Source: Squalus acanthias
Lineage: Eukaryota
Assembly (NCBI GenBank): GCA_030390025.1
Contig: CM059439.1
Span: 55,428,001-55,492,000 of the forward strand
Direction of reading: 5' to 3'
DNA: 64,000 nt
Below, one piece after another: positions 51,403 to 61,507 of this stretch. Within the stretch, counting starts at the first letter, position 1. Every line of letters starts with the position of its first letter. The translations under genes and the position numbers were made by a program. The notes beneath the pieces were generated by a model that worked only from the letters and a program-made list of their open reading frames with translations, did not search any database and was not told where the DNA came from.

Positions 51403-51500
51403 TAAAAACAGAAAATGCTAGAAATACTCAGCAGGTCAGGCAGCATCTGTGGAGAGAGAAACAGAGTTAACGTTTCAGGTCGATGACCTTTCGTCAGAAC
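51403..51500 (-). mobile_element. Solo Penelope family A pseudo-LTR fragment
   Basis: Reverse complement of 61373-61470; begins at the hammerhead stem I. Confidence 0.85.
51466..51500 (-). ncRNA. Minimal hammerhead ribozyme motif, consensus-intact
   Basis: GTT-CTGACGA-A-AGGTC(ATC)GACCT-GAAA-CGTT-AAC; palindromic AACGTT helix III; GUU triplet. Confidence 0.75.
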
Positions 51501-52589
51501 CCTGGCACAGACACGATGGGCCAAATAGCCTTCTTCCAAGCTGTATGATTCTGTGATTTGTTACTATGCAGCAATGAGCACAGAGCTTATATAATACTTA
51601 TTAGAACAATCAACATCCACAGGGAACTGCGAAAAGTGATACTAATAAGGGTATAACAGATGACGAACCCAAAATGGGAGGCCACCAGAGCGAACAAAAT
51701 TTATCTCCCCATCTCTGTTCCCGCAAACCACATATTTGCGCACTTAAATTAAAAAAAAGATTGCAGTCTGTAGTGATTTTTATTTCTTTCTTGACAGACT
51801 CAAAAGAGAAATAAAGGCTAGAAATTATGGTTGGCAAGAAGAGGTCAAAAGCTTAACACTTTTTTATGGCATTCTTCTGTCCAATATTTTAATGGAGACA
51901 TTAATGTATTTATTATTGCCTCTGTTAAATGGACAAAGGAAGGTTGTAAAAACCCATCAAGTGTTCATCCACTATTATTGCAAGTGTAAATTCTAACCTC
52001 ATGTGGTTTAACATTTTAAAAACAGAAAATGTTTGAAATGCACAGCAGATTGATCAATATCTAAAATAGGAAAAGGAGGTGAAAGTTTGTATGCAACTCT
52101 TTGTTTCGATAATACTGAATCGTGCTCAACCCTTCTAAAGTTACTAAAATATAAAAATGTCTTATTTAAAATAGTTGTAGCAGCATACTGTCAATCCAGT
52201 TAATCCCCTAGTTGCTTCTGGGCTGCCACAGGCTCTGATGTGGGGACAGGTGTGATAATGAGCCAGTCTTGTCCTGTGAATGTAAAATGATTTGCTGGTT
52301 GGGATTATTGTTGCTGTGTGTTGTAAAATTTTTCGGTTTACAAATTAACTTGACATATACGGTGTTAGATTTCCATGAAAGAAAAAGGACTGTATTAAAG
52401 TTCCTACAACTATATGTAAATATTTAAAATATCACGACGATACACAAGATAAAGTGATTTAACTATGGATGAGTGTCTGGGTAAATTTGGGTTATAATCC
52501 TGGGGATGAGGAAGTTAATGGATAATCTGACTGAGGTGTTTAAAATAATGAAAGGAATTGAGTGGAATAGAGTGTGGTGGGAGGCAAAT

Positions 52590-52970
52590 CGGACATTATG
52601 GGGGGGCGGTTGGACATCACAAGGGGGAATCGGCAGATCACAAGGGTCTGATCGTGTGGAGGTAAGTTTGTTGGGCCTGGAGAAAACACTCCTGCTCCTC
52701 CTGGCCCACAAGCAGTGCAATAAAGGCACTTACCTCATGGATCCAGCCCTTCTTTCCTCCTTTTACCTGCCGGGATTCCCGAGGCCCGTTAAAAATAAAA
52801 ATCCTGTTAATCTTAAAAAAAAAGATTTCAGTGAGCGACTCACTTTGAGAGCAGATTGGTTGCCCGCCCCCCCGACCTGCCTCCATTAAAACCGGAAGTG
52901 GCCGGGTTGGAGTTGGGTTTGAGATTTAACATTTTTTTAACCTCCCACCCGTCCTTGGAGGTTAAAATTT
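52590..52970. mobile_element. Probable non-autonomous DNA element fragment
   Basis: Shares its core with 50740-50800; ends in gttaaaatt; GC-rich subterminal motifs. Confidence 0.45.
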
Positions 52971-53399
52971 TAAGCAATATGAAGAAAGTATGAGAAATTG
53001 AGATTTAAAGAGCTGCCGTCCCTAACAAAATGGCAGAGCAGCCTCAATAGGCTAACTGGCCTACTCCTGTTCCTATCTGTAACCCCTTCAGTAATTCCGA
53101 AATCACATCAGCTCAGCATGTCGTGAGTGGATTCAGCATTGAATTATTTCATGATCTGACAGCTGCCAAAGTTGTATAAAAGATCCCATATTACAGCTGT
53201 TCACTTTGAAAGCTCAGAAACTGTTGCTTACTGCATTTGGAAGACATATTGAGCTTTCTGCAGCTTGCAAGTGTTTGGAGTCAACTCTCTATCCAGTGCC
53301 ACCTCATTGGAACAACCTCTCTCACCATTGACAGATCGCTTCTGTCATCTCAACCTCAACTGCCATCTATTCCATTAGCATTGTTGCCCTTGAAAATAA

Positions 53400-54510
53400 G
53401 GTACTGATTTGGATAGAGAACTGGTTGGCAGACAGGAAGCAAGGAGTTGGAATAAACGGGTCTTTTTCCGAGTGGCAGGCAGTGACTAGTGGGGTACCGC
53501 AGGGATCGGTGCTAGGACCCCAGCTATTCACAATATATATTAATGATCTAGACGAGGGAACTAGATGTAATATCTCCAAGTTTGCAGACGACACAAAGCT
53601 GGGTGGGCGTGTGTGCTGTGAGGAGGATGCAGAGAAACTCCAGTATGATTTGGACAGGTTGGGTGATTGGGCAGATGCATGGCAGATGCAGTATAATGTG
53701 GATAAATGCGAGGTTATCCACTTTGGTGGCAAAAACAGGAAGACAGATTATTATCTGAACGGCAATAGATTGGGAAAAGAGGAAGTGCAACGAGACCTGG
53801 GTGTCCTTGTGCACCAGTCGCTGAAGGTAAGCATGCAGGTGCAGCAGGCGGTTAAGAAGGCAAATGGCATGTTGGCCTTCATAGCGAGAGGATTCGAGTA
53901 CAGGAGCAAGGATGTCTTGCTGCAGTTGTACAGGGCCTTGGTGAGACCACACCTTGAGTATTGTGTGCAGTTTTGGTTGCCTTATCTGAGGAAGGATGTT
54001 CTTGCCATGGAGGGAGTGCAGCGAAGATTTACCAGACTGATACCTGGGATGGCAGGAATGACGTATGAAGAGAGATTGGGGTCGATTCGGCTTATATTTG
54101 CTAGAGTTTAGAAGAATGAGAGGGGATCTCATTGAAACTTATAAAATTCTAACAGGACTAGACAGACTAGATGCAGGAAGGATGTTCCCGATGGCGGGGG
54201 AGTCCAGAACCAGAGGTCACAGTCTAAGGATAAGGGGTAAGCCATTTAGGACTGAGATGAGGAGGAATTTCTTCACCCAGAGAGTGGTGAACCTGTGGAA
54301 TTCTCTACCACAGAAGGCAGTTGAGGCCAATTCATTAAATATATTCAAGAAGGAGATAGATATATTTCTTAAGGCTAAAGGGATCAAGGGATATGGGGAG
54401 AAAGCAGGGACAGGGTACTGAATTTGGATGATCAGCCATGATCTCATTAAATGGCGGAGCAGGCTCGAGGGGCCGAATGGCCTACTCCTGCTCCTATCTT
54501 CTATGCTTCT
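53400..54510 (+). mobile_element. 5'-truncated CR1 LINE
   Basis: ORFs 53425-54111 and 54065-54421 (RT C-terminus, one frameshift); tail cttctatgcttctat. Confidence 0.95.
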
Positions 54511-54514
54511 ATCT

Positions 54515-55633
54515 CACCTTGGTCCTCAGAATCCCACCAAGATCAGCCCCAACACCAGCATCACCGGGCACACCAGCAGCAACAACACCACCAGCCTTCT
54601 CCGCAATCACCTGATGCTGCACAGGACACAGGGCATCAGCATCTGACCACATTGCTGCCCGGGACACCAGGGATGGCCTCACCATGGCCAGATTTACTTC
54701 ACTTGACACTGTACACCCTGGATGCCACATGATGCGCCAGGTTGGCACCACCCCACACCAACACCATAAAGCATCCCTACAATGCCCAAGCCACTCCCAA
54801 AGGTGCACACAAATCTGTCCAAGAATGCAAAGTGCTGAAAATAAAGGTTTCAATGTTTGACAGCACATTACCAGAAACTTCACATGAACATTGGCTAAAC
54901 CACACAAGTGCCTACCCTTGTGTGTTGTTAGTTGGTATGCTTGCAGTAGGATGAGGGTGAGTGTGAGGGGTGGCTAGTGAAATGGGAAAGTGATAATGTA
55001 GATAGAGAGGGATGGGTGGAGGTGCAAGGTAAGTTGGTGAGAGTAAAGATGTGCAGGAGTAGGGTATGGAAGGCAGAGTGATGGGGATGTGATGAGTTGC
55101 ACAGCAGGATGAGGTTGAGTGTGACCTGGCAGTAACGTTTTGTGATCTACTGAGATCATTGAAAGGCTTGCGCCACTGTAGCCTGGTCCTCCTGACGATA
55201 TCCCTGCTTGTCCCCTCCTGTGCAATGTGCAACCATGCTGTGTTGATCTCCTGGGGAGGTCTCTTCTGCCCATTGGAAGGGAAGAGGACCTCCCTGCGTG
55301 CTGTGACTCCCTCCATAAGCATATGGAGGGAGTCATGGGCGAGCCTGGGTACAGCTGTGCAGTGCTCGTCAGTGTTTGCAGCACCTCAATGCTGTAGAAC
55401 ACTGACAGCACAACTGACAAAGTCAATGTGACCGTGGCCCCTTTAAGGAAACCAGCTGATGACGCGTCATCAAATGACATCATCAGACCCGCTTCCTTTT
55501 AATTGGTCGGGCTTAACAAGCCCTTTTAATGTAAAATCACTTGGAGAGTGTGGGCTGCAGTAGGCAGTGAGCTGGGACCGCGACACCAACCCCGGCCACC
55601 TGGGACCCGCCTCGGTCGGCAAAATCGCGGCCT
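54515..55633 (-). mobile_element. Harbinger-type element fragment with Myb/SANT exon
   Basis: MEGVTARREVLFP...AWLHIAQE.TSR..VRRT.LQWRKPFNDL; terminus GGCCGCGATTTTG on the minus strand. Confidence 0.7.
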
Positions 55634-55714
55634 ACGTGTGCATCATTGACATCACAATTATCAGCATTTCTAAGGCGAAATAGTTAAAGGCCTGCTATTT
55701 TTTTTTGTTTCCTT

Positions 55715-56070
55715 CCACTTTTCTCCCTTCCTCTCCTGAAAACGCTGCCTCTTGATTGAGTTCGATGGGCACAGGCAGCCATACAGTACCACACTCACTT
55801 AAGTGGCCAATCTCCATGTGTAAGGCTAGAAAGTAGGAAATTCAGCTGTGAATAGCATCACCACTGAGCCCAGTCCTGTTCTCACCTGACATCTGCACAC
55901 ATTTTTCTGTAGGTGCCACTGGATAACAAACAGGAGTGGAAACTCTGCCTCATTTTCCCAACCCCCAGCTCAGGGGTCTGAGGCAAACTATAGTACCCCA
56001 ACTCCTTCCCCCCCCCCCCCCCCAAAGCCAGTTAACTAAACAAACTAGGGATCAAATCCAGGACCTTCCT
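55715..56070 (-). mobile_element. LF-SINE-like copy
   Basis: ttttctcccttcctctcctgaa...aagtggcca...cctgttctcacctgacatc...caggaccttcctg. Confidence 0.75.
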
Positions 56071-56075
56071 GAAAC

Positions 56076-56780
56076 AAGATCAGAAAATGCTGCAAACACT
56101 TAGCAGGTACTTTGCAGCTCTCTGACATTATTATTTACTTTAACAACTTCAGACCATAACTATAGCTCCCATTTTCTCTCTGGCAGGAAGCGCTGACAAT
56201 GTGAGATGGTTATGCTGGAATTTCAGGGGATGGGAGCAAGGAGTGTGTTGGTGCTTGGGGTGGGGACTCTGTCAGAACACTGTGCTGGTCAGGCGGTTTG
56301 CACCCTCAGTGTTGACCTGCTTTTTTCTTCTACCAGGCTCCTGGGACACTGGAAACTGTTCAGCTTTGCCAGTTTTTCATGTTTCCCTTTCCACCTACCG
56401 AAACCCCACCTCTTTAGCCATTCAGAAAAATCCTGTGTCTCAATATGTCCTTTATTTCTTTGATTTCTCTCATATGCCTCCTATTGTCTCCGACTAACAT
56501 CACTTCTGCCTTTTAACCATCTCCTCTTCTCTATTTAAGCAATTTACGAGTCATTCTATTTCTTTTCCTGTGTGGGTGCTTTTGTTTCTTTCTTTTCCTT
56601 CCTTCTTGTTCTGTTTCTTTTTAAATATTGCTCCTCTGTAATATCTTCTAGATTTGATGAAGAGTCCATACCTGAAACATCTTGTTTGCTTTCTCCACAG
56701 ATGCAGCCAGACCGGTTGAGTATTTCCAGCATTTTCTGTTTGTTTCAGATTTCCAGCACCTACAGTATTTTGCCTTTTGT
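56076..56780 (+). mobile_element. Older Penelope family A-related 3' fragment with inverted 5' pLTR piece
   Basis: cagaaaatgctgcaaacacttagcagg at the 5' side; degenerate hammerhead/pLTR at 56650-56780. Confidence 0.6.
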
Positions 56781-57292
56781 TCTAGGGTGTTCCTTGTTGG
56801 TTTGGCTTTGTATTTACCCACTGAGCCATCAGGGGAGCTGATCAATTTGCATTTTCATGACGCTAAACTTGCGCTTCATTGTTTTCCACTGTCCGATTAG
56901 ATTTTACTTTTGGCGGCATCTTTTAAAACCGCAGACATGCCAAAGTGCAATACACTGGAGGCCACGTGCATTGTGCCATGGAATGGTAAGAAGTGGTTTT
57001 GTATCCACACAAGGTGAGTTCCTGAGCGCAGCAGTACTACTGTGGGAAGATGTGGGACTTCCCAACAGGAAGGAAGAGAAAACTGGAAGGACGGAATCAG
57101 CCCCAGGCCACTCTTGCATTGCTCCTAGTGGATGGTTTTGCTATAGTAATGGCAGAGGCCAAGGAGCAAACGGTCTGCCTATTGTTTAGATCAGAAACAA
57201 TAAGCAGAGCAGGGGCATTCAAAAAGGGAGAAAGGGAGAAAACACACACTCTCAAAAATAAATAAAAAGCATTACAGTGCTGTGAAAAAGGA

Positions 57293-58455
57293 GGAACGCG
57301 ATGGACACCTACGGACACTGAAAGACGCCCTCGTAAGAACGGGATATGACGCTCGACTCGTCGATCGACAGTTCCGACGGGCCACAGCGAAAAACCGCAT
57401 AAACCTCCTCAGAAGGCGAACACGGGACACAACCAACAGAGTACCCTACGTCGTCCAGTACTTCCCCGGAGCGGAGAAACTACGCCATGTTCTTCGCAGC
57501 CTTCAACATGTCATCGATGACGACGAACACCTTGCTAAGGCCATCCCCACGCCTCCACTACTCGCCTTCAAGCAGCCGCCTAACATCAAAAGTACCATCG
57601 TTCGCAGCAAATTACCCAGCTGTCAGGAGAACAGCGACCACGACACCACACAACCCTGCCACGGCAACCTCTGCAAGACATGCCAGATCATCAACACAGA
57701 TACCATCATCACACGTGAGGACACTACCCACCAGGTACATGGTACATACTCATGTGACTCGGCCAACGTTGTCTACCTGATACGTTGCAGGAAAGGATGC
57801 CCCAGAGCATGGTACATCGGCGAGACCATGCAGACACTGAGACAACGTATGAACGGACACCGCGCAACAATCGCCAGGCAGGATGGTTGCCTCCCAGTCG
57901 GGGAACACTTCAGCAGTCAAGGGCATTCAGCCTCGGATCTGCGGGTTAGCGTTCTCCAAGGCGGCCTTCGAGACACACGACAACGCAAAATCATCGAGCA
58001 GAAACTGATAGCCAAGTTCCGCACTCATGAGGATGGCCTCAATAGGGATATCGGGTTCATGTCACGCTACAGAACGTGACTTGACATCGTTGTCTGTCTT
58101 TCCAGTTTTTAAAAAACACAAAAAAACAAACCCAAAAAACAAGGAGAGAAAGGAAGGGATATGGAGAGGATATGCAGACAGCAGGATTTGACACGTTGGA
58201 CCCCCTGGGACACATCTCATTGTCTTGGCTGTGCTCTTGGTGTGTCTTTGATGTAAGGAAAGATTGTATCTCTGCATTTTCTGTGTTTATATTCTGTGAA
58301 CTTTTGTAGATTCACTCATTGTAACTTTACCTGAAGAAGGGGCGATCGATAGCTCCGAAAACTTGTAATTTTAAATAAAACTGTTGGACTATAACCTGGT
58401 GTTGTGCGACTCCTCATTTTTGTCCACCCCAGTCCAACACCGGCATCTCCGCATC
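57293..58455 (+). mobile_element. Young 5'-truncated Penelope-like element family B (RT thumb, Cys linker, GIY-YIG, pLTR)
   Basis: Open frame to 58079 with PCHGNLCKTC and NVVYLIRC...WYIGET...QRMNGH; CpG-rich; GTGAAAAAGGA duplicated at 57282-57292 and 58456-58466. Confidence 0.92.
58327..58368 (+). ncRNA. Minimal hammerhead ribozyme motif in the Penelope B pLTR
   Basis: TTAC-CTGAAGA-A-GGGGC(GATCGATA)GCTCC-GAAA-ACTT-GTAA. Confidence 0.6.
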
Positions 58456-58784
58456 GTGAAAAAGGAAGGCATAGCAACTGATTGCTGGCATTGACACAGG
58501 CTTCTCTTTCAGGGCACACAGTCTGATATCATATGGATAAGTCTTCACAAAATTAAGCAAATACTCCATGCAACACAATGACTCAATTATGTTTGGACTG
58601 TCTGTGGAAAGCAACCAAACCAGGGCTGAATAATGGAGGTAGAAGCACAGATAAATATTCAGAAGTTTTCCACAACTATTTTTGGAGTACTAGGAGAGAT
58701 TAATTGTACACAGTCTGTAGAAGGAGGGGCCTTTTCCTCATTGCATGGTTTCTTATGTTTTTTTAAATTATATTTCTCCTCAAT

Positions 58785-59165
58785 TTTTTTCCCCATTCTC
58801 TCCTGAAGGCACTTAAATGCTGGGGCATAGTTGCACATATGACCTCCAATACCTTGCCCAAGTGACTGTTTATTATGTATAGGCCTAAAGGATGAATGTC
58901 AGTTATTTATTTAACAATGTGAATGTGGTCTCACCAGACACCCATAAATACACACTTTCTAACAGGGGTCACCGGATGACGATAAGGAGCAGGAACCCTA
59001 GCAGATTTTTTTCTCCTCCTCTTAGCCCAGGAGGTGCTGAGACTAATTGCAACACTCTGCCATCACCCTGGTTTAGATTAGCTAACCAAGCATAAACCAG
59101 ATCAAAGGCTGGTCTGCATGACTCAGTTCCACAAGAAGCATCACTTTATCAGCAAAGCCCTCTGG
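58785..59165 (-). mobile_element. LF-SINE-like copy
   Basis: ctctcctgaaggcac...ccttgcccaagtg...aggggtcaccggat...aggagcaggaaccct. Confidence 0.75.
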
Positions 59166-59352
59166 AGTACAGTCATTTACTAAAGAAATGTATAATTCTA
59201 TCAAAAAATACAGATGCCCGACAGCATAGATTCTTCGAGAGTCAAAACGCCCGGAGATTGAGAGATTGTGGGTTTTAACTAGAACCCAAATCAAGGACTC
59301 TGTAAATGTTTACACTGGATTGCATCGGTAACTTAACAGGTACTAATTCACA

Positions 59353-61507
59353 GAAAATGCTGGAAATACTCAGCAGGTCAGGCAGCATCTGTAGAGAGAG
59401 AAACTCTCCTACCTCCCTCTGGACCATGACCCCCACGACCGAACATCAAGCCATCGTTTCCAAGACTGTCACTGACTTCATCTCCCTCTGGAGATCTTCC
59501 CTCCACGGCCGCCAACCTCATAGGTCCCCAACCCCACACAGCCCGCTTCTACCTCCTTCCCAAGATCCACAAACAGGACTGCCAGGGTAGACCCATCGTT
59601 TCAGCCTGTTCTTGCCCCACGGAACTTATCTCTTCCTATCTCGACTCTATTTTTTCTCCCCTTGTCCAGTCTCTTCCCACCTACATCCACGACTCTTCCG
59701 GCGTCCTCCGCCACTTTAACAGTTTCCAGGCCCCAACCGTCTCCTTTTCACTATGGACGTCCAATCCCTCTACATCTTCATCCCCCACCAGGATGGCCTG
59801 AGGGCACTCTGCTTCTTCCTTGAACAGAGACCCAACCAGTCCCCATCCACCAGCACCCTCCTCCGCCTGGCTGAACTTGTTCTCATGTTGAATAACTTCT
59901 TATTTGACTCCACTCACTTCCTCCAAATTAAAGGTGTTGCTATGGGAACCCGCATGGGTCCTAGCTATGCCTACCTTTTCGTGGGATATATGGAACATTC
60001 TTTGTTCCAGTCCTACTCAGGTCCTCTCCCTCTCCTCTTTTTCTAGTACATTGATGAGGGTATTGGTGCCGTTTCCTGCTCTCGCCCTGAACTAGAAAAC
60101 TTCATTCACTTTGCTTTCAACTTCCACCCTTCCCTCACCTTCACATGGTCCATCTCCGACTCTTCCCTTCCCTTCCTCGACTTCTCTGTCTCCATCTCTG
60201 GGGATAGACGATTAACAAACATTCCATATAAGCCCACTGACTCCCACAGCTACCTGGACTACATTTCCTCCCACCTCGCTTCCTGTAAGGACTCTATTCC
60301 ATTCTCCCAGTTTCTCCGTCTCTGCCGTATCTGCTCTGATGATGCCACCTTCCATACTAGTGCTTCCGACATGTCTTCCTTTTTCCTCAACTGAGGATTC
60401 CCCTCTACCGTGGTTGATACGGCCCTGTTCTATTTGCCGTACTTTTGCTCTCACCCCTTCCCCTCACTCCCAGAACCACAATAGGGTTCCCCTTGTCCTC
60501 ACCTTTCACCCCACCAGCCTCCACATTCAACGGATCATCCTCTGCCATTTCCGCCACCTCCAGCGTAATCCCACCACCAAACACATCTTCCCCTCACCTC
60601 CCCTTTCAGCATTCCGAAGGGACCGCTCCCTCCACGACACCCTGGTCCACTCCTCTATCACCCCCAACACCCCTTCCCCTTCGCCTTCGCCCGGCACCTT
60701 CCCGTGCAAGCGCAGGAGATGCAACACATGCCCTTTTACCTCCTCCCTTCCCACTGTCCAGGGCCTCAAACACTCCTTCCAGGTGAAACAGCAATTTACT
60801 TGTACTTCTTGCAATTTAGTATACTGTATTCGCTGCTCACGATGTGGTCTCCTTTACATTGGGGAGACCAAACGCAGATTGGGTGACCGCTTTGCGTAAC
60901 ACCTCCGTTCAGTCCGTAAGGTTGACCCCAAGTTTCCGGTCGCCTGTCACTTTAATTCTCCGCTCCACTCCCACTCTGATCTCTCCATCCTCGGCCTCTT
61001 ACACTGTACCAACGAAGCTCAACGTAAGCTCGAGGAACAGCACCTCATCTTTCGATTAAGCACTTTATAGCCTTCTGGACTCAACATTGAGTTCAACAAT
61101 TTCAGACCATAATCTCTGCCCCTATCATTTTTTTTCTCTCTCTCTCTCGCATGGCAGCTGCCATTACCATTTACACTTCATCTAAAGTCATCTTTTGTTT
61201 CTTAACTTGTCCCATTACCATCTCCTTTTGCCTCGCACCATCATCCCTTTTGTCTCTTAATCTCTCCTGCCTTCCATCCTATCACAGACCTTCCCTTTTG
61301 TTCTTTCCTCCTCTCCCCCCTTCCCTGCCCCTACACGTGCTTAAAAACCTGTTACATCTCCAATTTTTTCCAGTTCTGACGAAGGATCATTGACCTGAAA
61401 TGTTAACTCTGTTTCTCTCTCTACAGATACTGCCCAACCTGCTGAGTATTTCCAGCATTTTCTGTTTTTATTTCAGATTTCCAGCATCCGCAGTATTTTG
61501 CTTTTGT
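59353..61507 (+). mobile_element. Penelope-like element family A: RT plus GIY-YIG (decayed), 3' pLTR, inverted partial pLTR at 5' end
   Basis: FYLLPKIHK, MDVQSLY, GVAMGTRMGPSYA, YIDE, PCKRRRCNTC, LVYCIRCSRCGLLYIGETKR; inverted pLTR 59353-59404; 15-bp TSD AGGTACTAATTCACA at 59338-59352 and 61508-61522. Confidence 0.95.
61373..61407 (+). ncRNA. Hammerhead ribozyme motif, slightly decayed
   Basis: GTT-CTGACGA-AGGATCATTGACCT-GAAA-TGTT-AAC. Confidence 0.55.
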
